The notes beneath the pieces are model-generated. The model had not been told where the DNA came from. It worked only from the letters and a program-made list of their open reading frames with translations, and did no database searches. The translations under genes were made by a program, and so were the position numbers. Below, piece after piece: positions 20,966 to 29,587 of a stretch of DNA of 41,367 bases. The stretch is from Nitriliruptoraceae bacterium (GTDB lineage: Bacteria > Actinomycetota > Nitriliruptoria > Nitriliruptorales > Nitriliruptoraceae): assembly GCA_007117945.1 (NCBI GenBank), contig SKTN01000138.1, positions 1-41,367 on the forward strand, written 5' to 3'. Position 1 is the stretch's first letter, and each line of letters starts with the position of its first letter.

Positions 20966-23350
20966 ATGAGCGAGTCCAGGGACCAGGCCCGTTCCGGCGA
21001 GGGCGCGCCCGAGGAGCCGGCGAAGCAGCGCAAGAGCTCCAGCGCCTTCGATGAGGCCAGGGGACAGGTCGCCGACCTGCCCGACGAGCTCCGTGAGGAG
21101 CTCGAGGCCGACATCGCCGAGCTCGAGGAGCTCAGCTTCGCCGACGTCTCCGGTGGGACCCGCGAGGACATGCGCCCCACCTGGCGCTTCATCGTCTTCG
21201 GTGCCGCGCTGATCCTGAGCCTCTTCCACCTCTACACGGCCATGTTCGGCGTGCTCCCCGGCCTGCAGCAGCGCTCGTTCCACCTCGGCATGGGCCTCGC
21301 CCTGGTGTACCTGCTCTACCCGGGTCGGCAGGACCTCGAGGGTCGGGACCTGCTGCGCAGCTGGGTCACCATGGCGGCTGCCGGCGGCGTCCTCGCCCTG
21401 ATGTACGTACGCGAGGTGGCCGACTGGTACATCGTGGTCGGTGGGGCCATCGTCGTGCTGGCCGTCTTCGCCTCGCGGCACCTGCCGCTGCGGATCGGGG
21501 GGATCCCCCTCGGTGACGTGGCGCTGGCGGGGCTGTCGGTGGGTGCCGGCGGCTACATCTTCAACAACTGGAACGAGATCGGCCGCGCCGTCGGCGCGGA
21601 GACCGACTTCACCGTCGGGCTCGCGGCCGTCGGAGTGCTGCTGGTGCTGGTGGCCACCCAGCGGGTGATCGGCACGCCGTTGACCGTGGTGGCCTCCGCC
21701 GCCCTGCTGTTCGCCTACTTCGGCCAGTCCATGCCCGGCTTCCTGGCGCACGCCGGGTTCTCCGTGCGCCGCATCGTCTCCACGATGTTCCTCGGCACCG
21801 AGGCGGTGTTCGGCACCCCGATCCAGGTGTCGTCGACCTTCATCTACATCTTCATGATCTTCGCCGCCCTCCTGCAGCGCACGGGGATGGAGCGCTTCTT
21901 CACCCAACTGGCCTTCGGGCTCACGGGGTGGATGACCGGTGGCACCGCGAAGGTCGGCGTGCTGACCTCCGCCTTCTCGGGCACGATCACCGGCAGCTCG
22001 GTGGCCAACACGGTGTCCAACGGTGCCTTCACCATCCCGATGATGAAGAAGTCGGGGTACAAGGGGGAGTTCGCCGGCGCCGTCGAGGCGGCCTCCTCCA
22101 CCGGTGGGCAGCTCGCCCCACCCATCATGGGCGCCGCGGCCTTCATCATGATCGAGCTGACCGGCCTGCCCTACTCCACGATCATCCGGGCGGCGGCGAT
22201 CCCCGCGATCCTGTTCTTCACCGCCCAGTTCATCGTGATCCACTTCGAGTCCAAGCGGCTGGGCATCATGGGGCTGCCCAAGCACAAGCTGCCCCAGCCG
22301 CGGCAGCTGATGCTCACCAAGGGCTACCTGCTGATCCCCATCGGGGTCATCTTCTTCCTCCTGGCCCAGGGACGCTCGGCGATCCGCTCCGCGCTCTACG
22401 CGGTGTTCGCCGTGGTGATCATCAACATCGTGGTGCAGCTGATCTCCGCGGTCTTCGGCCGCTGGAAGGACATGGAGGACCGGCTCAGCTTCCTCGGCCT
22501 GCTCGACGCCCTGGTCGACGCGGCGCGCATCGCCCTGCCGATCATCGTCGCCTGTGCCGCCGCCGGGATGGTCGCGGGGGTGATCACCCTCACCGGGGTC
22601 GGCCTGCAGCTGGTCAGCGGGCTGCTGTCCCTGGCCGGTCAGACCCTGATCCTGACGATGTTCTTCTCCATGATCGCCTGCCTGGTGCTGGGCATCGGCC
22701 TGCCCACCACGGCGAACTACGTGATCACGGCGACCCTGGTGGCGCCGGCGCTGCTGTTCTTCGACGCCGTGCCGGTGATCGCGGCCCACATGTTCGTGTA
22801 CTACTTCGGCATCATGGCCGACATCACCCCGCCGGTGTGCCTGGCCTCCTACGCGGCCTCGGGGATCGCCCAGTCGAACCCCCTGAAGACCGGCGTGCAG
22901 TCGGTGAAGATCGCCATCGGTGGCTTCCTCCTGCCCTACATGTTCGTGCTCTCGCCCCAGCTGCTGCTGGAGGAGGCCACGATCGCCCAGGGCGTCCTGG
23001 CGGCGATCAGTGCGCTGATCGGTATCACCGCCGTGGGACTGGCGGTGGTGGGCTATATCGATCGTCGCATCAACTGGCTGATCCGTGCCGTGCTGCTCGC
23101 CTCGGGGCTGTCGCTGCTGAGCGCCGACCCGCTGCTCGACGCCGCCGGCCTGATCACCTTCATCGCGATCTACCTGTGGCAGCGGGTCACGGGCGACATC
23201 GGCCGACGGCGGGAGCAGCAGGCTGCAGCGGCGGGGGCAGCCGGCACGGCCGACGGTGGCGACCAACGCGCCGGTGAGGAACCAACCGCCGAGACGACGC
23301 AGCGCGGCGACAGCGACAGCACACGTGCGGACGACGACGAACAGAGGTGA
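20966..23350 (+). CDS. TRAP transporter fused permease (4TM/12TM, TAXI type)
   Basis: About 790 aa, polytopic. FHLYTAMFG, GTAKVGVLTSAFSGTITGSSVANTVSNGAFTIPMMKKSGY, ATLVAPAL. ATG at 20966 is preceded by GGGAGGAG. Acidic low-complexity N- and C-terminal tails. Confidence 0.85.
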   Translation: MSESRDQARSGEGAPEEPAKQRKSSSAFDEARGQVADLPDELREELEADIAELEELSFADVSGGTREDMRPTWRFIVFGAALILSLFHLYTAMFGVLPGLQQRSFHLGMGLALVYLLYPGRQDLEGRDLLRSWVTMAAAGGVLALMYVREVADWYIVVGGAIVVLAVFASRHLPLRIGGIPLGDVALAGLSVGAGGYIFNNWNEIGRAVGAETDFTVGLAAVGVLLVLVATQRVIGTPLTVVASAALLFAYFGQSMPGFLAHAGFSVRRIVSTMFLGTEAVFGTPIQVSSTFIYIFMIFAALLQRTGMERFFTQLAFGLTGWMTGGTAKVGVLTSAFSGTITGSSVANTVSNGAFTIPMMKKSGYKGEFAGAVEAASSTGGQLAPPIMGAAAFIMIELTGLPYSTIIRAAAIPAILFFTAQFIVIHFESKRLGIMGLPKHKLPQPRQLMLTKGYLLIPIGVIFFLLAQGRSAIRSALYAVFAVVIINIVVQLISAVFGRWKDMEDRLSFLGLLDALVDAARIALPIIVACAAAGMVAGVITLTGVGLQLVSGLLSLAGQTLILTMFFSMIACLVLGIGLPTTANYVITATLVAPALLFFDAVPVIAAHMFVYYFGIMADITPPVCLASYAASGIAQSNPLKTGVQSVKIAIGGFLLPYMFVLSPQLLLEEATIAQGVLAAISALIGITAVGLAVVGYIDRRINWLIRAVLLASGLSLLSADPLLDAAGLITFIAIYLWQRVTGDIGRRREQQAAAAGAAGTADGGDQRAGEEPTAETTQRGDSDSTRADDDEQR

Positions 23351-23790
23351 GCCAAGTGCGGATCCTGGTCGGCTACAACGCATCGAAGGAGAGCGAGGGG
23401 GCGGTGATCGAGGGGGCGGTCGCCGCCCGCGCCCGGGGGGTGCCCCTCCACCTGCTGTGGGTCCACATCCACGAGCCGGGTGACTCCTTCCAGCAGGTCG
23501 AACGCGACACCCACGAGGGCGTCGATCTCCAGGAGGCCCTCGACGAACTGGCCGAGAAGCTGCGCGCCAGCGGGGTGGAGGTCTTCACCGACCTGCGCCA
23601 CGGCCTCAAGACCCAGGCGGCGGACACCATCCTGGATGTGGCCGAGGAGGTCGACGCGCAACTCATCGTGCTCGGGTGGCGACCCCGCTCGCGGGTCACC
23701 GAGGCCGTGCTCGGTGGTGTGGCGCGCGAGGTGCTGCGTCGGACCACCCGGCCGGTGCTCTCCGTGCCCATCGAGGCCCACGACGGCTGA
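23347..23790 (+). CDS. Universal stress protein (UspA family)
   Basis: ILVGYNASKES..., AEEVDAQLIVLGWRPRSRVTEAVLGGVAREVLRRTTRPVLSVP. The GTG overlaps the permease stop (GTGA); an alternative GTG is at 23356. Confidence 0.8.
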   Translation: MSQVRILVGYNASKESEGAVIEGAVAARARGVPLHLLWVHIHEPGDSFQQVERDTHEGVDLQEALDELAEKLRASGVEVFTDLRHGLKTQAADTILDVAEEVDAQLIVLGWRPRSRVTEAVLGGVAREVLRRTTRPVLSVPIEAHDG

Positions 23791-23874
23791 ACGCACCGCG
23801 CGTCCCGCGGGGCGACCGCCGGGTCGTACGCCGGAGGGCACCGGGTGGTGGCGCCGGTCCCAGCCCGTGCGGGT

Positions 23875-23880
23875 TACGCT
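23875..23880 (+). promoter_or_regulatory. Putative -10 hexamer TACGCT upstream of prcB
   Basis: TANNNT box 24 nt before the prcB GTG, in the 114-nt USP-prcB spacer. Confidence 0.25.
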
Positions 23881-23904
23881 CGGCCGCCCCACCGGAGGTC
23901 CTGC

Positions 23905-24717
23905 GTGCGCATCCCGGACGACGCCCTGCCCTCGGCGCTGCCCACCCCCTTCGACCTGCAGCCCGCGTCCTTCTCCCACGTCCTGCGCCAGCTGGCACCC
24001 GAGGCGCTGGCCGGAGGACGCGAGCTGCCCGAGGAGCTGCGCCACCGACTGGTCGACGGCACCACGGTGCTGGCGGTGATCGCCCGCGACGGCGTCGTCG
24101 TGGCCGGTGACCGCCGGGCCACGGCCGGCAACCAGATCTCCCGGGGGGACATGCGCAAGGTGTTCCCCGCCGATGACACCTCGGCGGTGGCGATCTCCGG
24201 GGTGGCCGGGCCCGCGATGGAGCTCGCCAAGGTGTTCGCCACGGAGCTCGAGCACTACGAGAAGGTCGAGGGCGAGCCCCTGTCGCTGGAGGGCAAGTCC
24301 AACAAGCTCGCCGGCCTGCTGCGCGCCCACCTGCCCATGGCGATGCAGGGCCTGGTGGTGGTGCCCCTGTTCGCCGGGGTGGACCCCCGCACCCACACCC
24401 CGCGGATCTTCGAGTACGACCCCGTGGGTGGGCGCTATGTCGCCACCGCCCAGGCCGCCACGGGATCGGGCTCCCTGGCGGCGCGAGCGACCCTCAAGCG
24501 GCTCGTGGACGCCGACGCCGACCTCGACGCCGCCGTCCACACCGCCCTGGAGGCCCTGGCCGATGCCGCCGAGGAGGACAGCGCCACGGGCGGACCGGAC
24601 CTGATCCGCCGGATCTTCCCGATCGTCGCGGTGATCGACGCCGACGGCTACCGCGAGCTCGACGACGACGAGGTGGCGGGCCACGTCGAGACCGTGCTGG
24701 CCCACCGCCGGCGCTGA
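23905..24717 (+). CDS. prcB: Proteasome beta subunit
   Basis: Propeptide, then the processing site ...RLVDG/TTVLAVIARDGVVVAGDRRAT. GGAGG lies 6 nt before the GTG at 23905. Confidence 0.9.
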   Translation: MRIPDDALPSALPTPFDLQPASFSHVLRQLAPEALAGGRELPEELRHRLVDGTTVLAVIARDGVVVAGDRRATAGNQISRGDMRKVFPADDTSAVAISGVAGPAMELAKVFATELEHYEKVEGEPLSLEGKSNKLAGLLRAHLPMAMQGLVVVPLFAGVDPRTHTPRIFEYDPVGGRYVATAQAATGSGSLAARATLKRLVDADADLDAAVHTALEALADAAEEDSATGGPDLIRRIFPIVAVIDADGYRELDDDEVAGHVETVLAHRRR

Positions 24718-24803
24718 CCGCCTGACCCCGCCCACCGGACCCACCACCACCCGTCACACCCGCCACCCCCGCCCGCCGCACGACACCCGCCGAGGAGCCC
24801 CGC

Positions 24804-25517
24804 GTGGCCGCCAACTTCTACGTCGCGCCCGAGCAGCTGATGAAGGACCGGGCGGAGTACGCCCGCAAGGGCATCGCCCGGGGGCGCGCCCTGCTCGCCG
24901 TCGCCTTCGACCACGGGGTGGTGTTCGTGGGCGAGAACCCCTCCGCGTCGCTGCACAAGACCTCGGAGATCTACGACGCCATCGCCTTCGCCGCCGTGGG
25001 CCGCTACAACGAGTTCGAGGCCCTGCGGGTGGCCGGCATCCGTCTCGCTGATGTCAAGGGCTACCAGTACGCCCGGGAGGACGTCACGGCCAAGCCACTG
25101 GCCAACGCCTACTCCCAGGCGCTCGGCGCGAGCTTCATGGGGGACTCCAAGCCCTTCGAGGTGGAGCTGCTGATCGCCCAGGTCGGCCCCCACGGTGCCG
25201 ACGCGCAGGAGGACGCCCCCACCGGCGGTGGCCTCGAGCTGTTCCACATCCTCTACGACGGTTCCATCGTCGACGAGCACCGCTTCGTGGTCATCGGTGG
25301 GGAGACCGAGCCCCTGCGCGAGGAGCTCGAGCGCACCTACCGCGACGACCTGGACCGCGACGCCGCGGTGCGGGTGGCCGTGGGCGCGCTGTCGAGCGTG
25401 GGGGGGCGCGAGCTCACACCGGAGGTGCTGGAGGTCTCCGGTCTGGACGACCGCCGGCCGCGCCGCCGGTTCTTCCGCCTCAGGGGCGCGGAGCTCGCCG
25501 CGGTGCTCGACGCGTGA
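24804..25517 (+). CDS. prcA: Proteasome alpha subunit
   Basis: [29 protein letters not shown]..., [29 protein letters not shown] lies 6 nt before the GTG. Confidence 0.9.
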   Translation: MAANFYVAPEQLMKDRAEYARKGIARGRALLAVAFDHGVVFVGENPSASLHKTSEIYDAIAFAAVGRYNEFEALRVAGIRLADVKGYQYAREDVTAKPLANAYSQALGASFMGDSKPFEVELLIAQVGPHGADAQEDAPTGGGLELFHILYDGSIVDEHRFVVIGGETEPLREELERTYRDDLDRDAAVRVAVGALSSVGGRELTPEVLEVSGLDDRRPRRRFFRLRGAELAAVLDA

Positions 25518-26872
25518 GACGACGCATCTTCGGCATCGAGACGGAGTACGGGGTCACCTGCACCGTCGACGGCCAGCGCCGCCTCAGCCCCGACGAGGTC
25601 GCCCGCTACCTCTTCCGACGGGTGGTGTCCTGGGGGCGCTCCTCGAACGTGTTCCTGGAGAACGGTGCCCGGCTCTACCTCGACGTGGGCTCCCACCCGG
25701 AGTACGCCACACCGGAGTGCGACGCACCCCTGCAGGTCACCACCCACGACCGCGCGGGGGAGCGGGTGGTGGAGGCCCTGGTCCTGGCCGCGGAGCAGCG
25801 CCTGGCCGAGGAGGGCGTGGAGGGTCGGATCTCGCTGTTCAAGAACAACACCGACTCCGCGGGCAACTCCTACGGCTGCCACGAGAACTACCTCGTGGCC
25901 CGGGTGGGGGAGTTCCAGCGCCTGGCCGAGGCCCTGATCCCCTTCCTGGTGACCCGCCAGATCTTCGCGGGTGCCGGCAAGGTCCTGCCGACCCCCCGGG
26001 GCACGATCTTCGCCCTCGCCCAGCGGGCCGAGCACATCTGGGAGGGGGTCTCCTCGGCCACCACCCGGTCCCGGCCCATCATCAACACCCGCGACGAGCC
26101 CCACGCCGACGCGGAGCGCTTCCGGCGCCTGCACGTGATCGTGGGTGACTCGAACATGAGCGAGTACACCACCTGGCTGAAGGTGGCGACCTGCGACCTG
26201 GTCCTGCGGATGCTGGAGCGGCAGGCGGTCCTCAGGGAGATGAGCCTGGACAACCCGATCCGCTCGATCCGCGACATCAGCCACGACCTGACCGGCACCC
26301 GGCCGGTGCGCCTGGCCAACGGCCGCGAGCTCAGCGCCCAGCAGATCCAGCAGACCTACCTCGAGCGCGTGGAGCGGTTCGTGGCCACCGACCCCGAGTC
26401 CAGCGACGAGGACCGCCACGTGGTGGCCGAGTGGCGGGACGTGCTCCACCGCCTCACCGAGGATCCCGTGTCCCTGTCACGCCGGCTCGACTGGGTGGCC
26501 AAACACCAGCTCGTGGAGGCCTACCGGGCCAAACACGACCTCGCCCTCTCCGACCCGCGGGTGGCGATGCTGGACCTCGCCTACCACGAGGTGGTCCGCG
26601 ACCGGGGCCTGTACCACCTCCTGGATCGGCAGGGCCGCGTGCACCGCCTCCTCGACGACGCCGAGGTGGAGCGGGCCCGCACGGAGCCACCGGCCACCAC
26701 CCGGGCGGCGCTGCGGGGCCGTTTCGTGCGGGAGGCCAAGGCCAAGCGACGGGACTACACCGTCGACTGGGTGCACCTGAAGCTCAACGACCAGGCGCAG
26801 CGCACGGTGCTGTGCAAGGACCCCTTCCGCTCCCAGGACGAGCGCGTCGACCGCCTCATCGAGGCGATGTAG
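25514..26872 (+). CDS. pafA: Pup--protein ligase
   Basis: [32 protein letters not shown]. No Dop loop. The GTG overlaps the prcA stop (GTGA). Confidence 0.9.
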   Translation: MRRRIFGIETEYGVTCTVDGQRRLSPDEVARYLFRRVVSWGRSSNVFLENGARLYLDVGSHPEYATPECDAPLQVTTHDRAGERVVEALVLAAEQRLAEEGVEGRISLFKNNTDSAGNSYGCHENYLVARVGEFQRLAEALIPFLVTRQIFAGAGKVLPTPRGTIFALAQRAEHIWEGVSSATTRSRPIINTRDEPHADAERFRRLHVIVGDSNMSEYTTWLKVATCDLVLRMLERQAVLREMSLDNPIRSIRDISHDLTGTRPVRLANGRELSAQQIQQTYLERVERFVATDPESSDEDRHVVAEWRDVLHRLTEDPVSLSRRLDWVAKHQLVEAYRAKHDLALSDPRVAMLDLAYHEVVRDRGLYHLLDRQGRVHRLLDDAEVERARTEPPATTRAALRGRFVREAKAKRRDYTVDWVHLKLNDQAQRTVLCKDPFRSQDERVDRLIEAM

Positions 26873-27413
26873 CTGCCGCACACCACCGTCCGAAACGCCG
26901 CCAGAACACGGTGTTGCCCCCCCGCCAGGCGGCGATCAGGGGCGTGCGGACCACCCCTTCGCTGGTGACCGTGATCCGCGTGCGGGCCCCGGCGGGGTCG
27001 GTCTCCAGGTCGAAGGCCAGGCGCACCGGCCGCAGCAGCCGGGGGCTGGCGACGAAGGCGCCGTAGAGGTAGATCAGCTCGCGGTGGCGGGGTGGGTGCA
27101 CCGCACCGACCACCGCGGGCAGCTGCAGCCCCGGTCCGTGGTGGCTGTTGCGCACCCCGGGCCGGAAGGCGTCGGTGCCGGGCGGGTGGTGGAACTCGAC
27201 GGCGTAGGGCCACACCTGCCCCTCGACGAAGGTCGCGGGGTCGTCGAGCCAGTCCCACACCGTCGTCACCGGCCGGTCGACGACCACGCGGGTCTGCACC
27301 ACGTCGTGCACGAAGCCCTCGGGCACCACCTGACCCACGGCTTCGCGCAGGGTCGGCGTGCCGACGGGCGCCGCGGGGGAGCGGGGTCCGTCGTCTTCCA
27401 CCGGCGTGGCCAT
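26856..27413 (-). CDS. SRPBCC/START-like superfamily protein (tentative)
   Basis: 185 aa; [27 protein letters not shown] resembles the SRPBCC N-terminal strand-helix. GGGAG lies 5 nt before the ATG. The 3' end overlaps the pafA 3' end by 17 nt (convergent). Confidence 0.5.
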   Translation of the reverse strand: MATPVEDDGPRSPAAPVGTPTLREAVGQVVPEGFVHDVVQTRVVVDRPVTTVWDWLDDPATFVEGQVWPYAVEFHHPPGTDAFRPGVRNSHHGPGLQLPAVVGAVHPPRHRELIYLYGAFVASPRLLRPVRLAFDLETDPAGARTRITVTSEGVVRTPLIAAWRGGNTVFWRRFGRWCAAATSPR

Positions 27414-27454
27414 GCTGACTCCCGGTCGGGGAGGCCAACCCTAGCCACGCCACC

Positions 27455-29464
27455 TCATGCGACCGGCGCGGTGGGCGCAGCCCCCGGTCCGCTCCCGCTG
27501 GTCTCGAGGACGGTCACATCCACCACCCGGGTGGTGGCCTGGTGTCCGAGCAGCCGCTCGAGGTGCGAGCGCTGCGCGGCGGCCCAGAGGGGGCGCAACG
27601 AGGGGTCGACGCGCGCCCAGCTGCGCAACGCCGGACTGTGGCGCAGGGCGCGCTCCAGGTACAGCAGGGCCCGGTCGTGGTCCTCCAGCGTGACGAAACA
27701 GCACGCCACGGTGTAGGCGTCACGGTGATCGAGCCGGGGGTTCTGCAGGAGCGCCCACAGCAGCTGGCGTCCGCGGGTCGAACTCGGCGCGATCTCCCGG
27801 GTGGCACCACCGGGGGCAGGGGCGGGCGGCTGCTGCGCCACGGGCATCTCGCCCTCGCACGCCCCGCGCGTGAGCAGGATGCCCGCCAGCAGCAGCTGCG
27901 TGGAGGGCTCCATCATCTGCGCGAACGCACGGACCGGTTGGGGCACCCCGGGGTCACCCTCGGCGCACAGCGCTGCGAGGTCGGCCTCCAGCTGCCGGAC
28001 GGTCCGTTCCGCATCGTCGAGGTCAGCGGTGGCGGCCGTCGACCCGTCCGGGAGGCAGAGGAGGTGGCGGTTGAGCTCCGCGGCGGCCAGGGCGTACGCC
28101 GCACGGAGCTGGATCGGCCGCGGCCGGTCGGTGGAACGCGTCGCGAGCCGGCGCAGCTGCGCGACCGCCTCGTCGTAGCGCAGTCGGTCGAGGTTGCCGG
28201 TCGACATCGAACGGAACATGTCGGCCATGGCCCGGCCCAGGATCGCCCCACCGTTGTCCGGGTCGAGCTCCAGTGCACGGTCGTGGAGCCGGATGCCGTC
28301 GGCCACCAGGCCGGTGTCCACCAGTCGTCCGGCGGCGACCTGCAGGGCGACGCTGACGGGGTCGCTGGCGCCCCACGCGACCCGCTGCAGCCGCTCGCTG
28401 CCGAAGTGGTGACAGGTGACCACGGCCAGCACCCACGCGGCGGCGGCGTCCAACGACGCCTGGAACCACGCCTGTGCCGTGGCGTCGTCCCCTGACGCGT
28501 GTGCGCTCGGTGCCTGGTCGGCCGCTGGCGCGGGCGTACGGAGCTCCTCGGCGAGCAGCGGACGGTGCCAGTGGTCCGCCGAGAGGCTCCCGAGCAGGCT
28601 CCGGTTGTGCCGAACCGTCAGCTCGAAGCGGCCGTCCTCGCCGACACGGAGGTGGCCGGCCACCCGGTAGCGCTCGCGGGGCAGCAGCGGGCGGACCAGG
28701 GCGAGGGCGGCCCGGAGCACCGGGTTGGGGGCCAGCTCCTCGACCCCCGAACCCGTGAGCGCCTCGTTGTCGAGGCCGTCGACCAGTCGGAGCCCATCCG
28801 GGCGCTTGGCCGCAGCCTCGGCGATCGCCACCCGCAACCGCGCACTGACCCCACCCCCGTCCATGCCACTGGCAGCGGTCAGCTCCGTCACCTCGATCTG
28901 CGGGTCGCGCACCACCGCCAGTGCGACGAGCAGGTGCACACCCAGCAGCAGGACCAGCGCGGTCCACAGGTGGAAGCGGACGGCAGGGGTGTCGGTCGGG
29001 GGCACCGGGAGACGGCGCAGGGACCACAGCAGACAGGTGACCGCGACGGCCAGGATCACGGGCGGCAGCACCCGCCACCCACCGCCTCGCTCCTCGAGGA
29101 GCAGCCACCGCACGCGGAGCCGCTGCGTGTGGCTGCCGATCGGCACCGTCGCTGCCAGGGTGCGCACCCCGAGGAGCGCCACGGCGAGCGCGACGGCCAG
29201 CTCACCCAGCAGGCGGAGCAGCGGCTGGAGTACCGCGTCGAGCAGTTGCCGCCAGGCGGTCGTGAGCACGTCGAGCGCCGCAGGTGGGTCGTGCTCCACA
29301 CCCTCCGGGCTGAGCAGGTCCTGCTGGACCTCGCCGCTGCCGTCACCGGGCCCCGTGACCGCCCCGGCCGGCACGACCGCCAGCACCAGCGCGAGGGCGG
29401 TCAGCAGGACGAGCGGCGCCCACGCCGGCTGCCGGCGGGAGCGATCCTGACCGCGTGCGCCCAC
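27455..29464 (-). CDS. Uncharacterised polytopic membrane protein with C-terminal TPR-like repeats
   Basis: 669 aa. GTG is preceded by GGGAGG with a 6-nt spacer. About 4-5 hydrophobic segments fall in the first ~200 aa. TPR-like stretches include RLHDRALELDPDN and AYTVACCFVTLEDHDRALLYLERALRHSPALRSWARVDPSLRPL. High GC3 throughout. Confidence 0.6.
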   Translation of the reverse strand: MGARGQDRSRRQPAWAPLVLLTALALVLAVVPAGAVTGPGDGSGEVQQDLLSPEGVEHDPPAALDVLTTAWRQLLDAVLQPLLRLLGELAVALAVALLGVRTLAATVPIGSHTQRLRVRWLLLEERGGGWRVLPPVILAVAVTCLLWSLRRLPVPPTDTPAVRFHLWTALVLLLGVHLLVALAVVRDPQIEVTELTAASGMDGGGVSARLRVAIAEAAAKRPDGLRLVDGLDNEALTGSGVEELAPNPVLRAALALVRPLLPRERYRVAGHLRVGEDGRFELTVRHNRSLLGSLSADHWHRPLLAEELRTPAPAADQAPSAHASGDDATAQAWFQASLDAAAAWVLAVVTCHHFGSERLQRVAWGASDPVSVALQVAAGRLVDTGLVADGIRLHDRALELDPDNGGAILGRAMADMFRSMSTGNLDRLRYDEAVAQLRRLATRSTDRPRPIQLRAAYALAAAELNRHLLCLPDGSTAATADLDDAERTVRQLEADLAALCAEGDPGVPQPVRAFAQMMEPSTQLLLAGILLTRGACEGEMPVAQQPPAPAPGGATREIAPSSTRGRQLLWALLQNPRLDHRDAYTVACCFVTLEDHDRALLYLERALRHSPALRSWARVDPSLRPLWAAAQRSHLERLLGHQATTRVVDVTVLETSGSGPGAAPTAPVA

Positions 29465-29557
29465 CGCCGGCCTCCCACGCGTCGACGACCATCACTATGC
29501 GCCGTCCTGCGCGATCGCGCCAGCCCCGCCCTGCGGGTGGACCGTGCCCCGGCTCAG

Positions 29558-29563
29558 TAGGCT
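29558..29563 (+). promoter_or_regulatory. Putative -10 hexamer TAGGCT upstream of pafB
   Basis: 24 nt before the pafB GTG, in the 123-nt divergent spacer. Confidence 0.3.
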
Positions 29564-29587
29564 CCGTCGGCAGGATGAGGAGGCGGT

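Noticed and set aside
21534-21541. A perfect TGTCGGTG (RecA-NDp upstream half) inside the TRAP permease gene.
   Set aside because: It lies deep in coding sequence. No TAnnnT follows at the required 8-nt spacing, and no downstream start exists.
15634-23904. Possibility that the block between pup and prcB is a mobile element or genomic island.
   Set aside because: No integrase, transposase, tRNA attachment site, terminal inverted repeat or flanking direct repeat is visible. Codon style is indistinguishable from the flanks.
29509-29520. The GCGCGATCGCGC palindrome as a defined PafBC operator.
   Set aside because: It does not resemble the known PafBC/RecA-NDp motif, and such GC palindromes are common here. 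It is kept only as context within the divergent-promoter finding.
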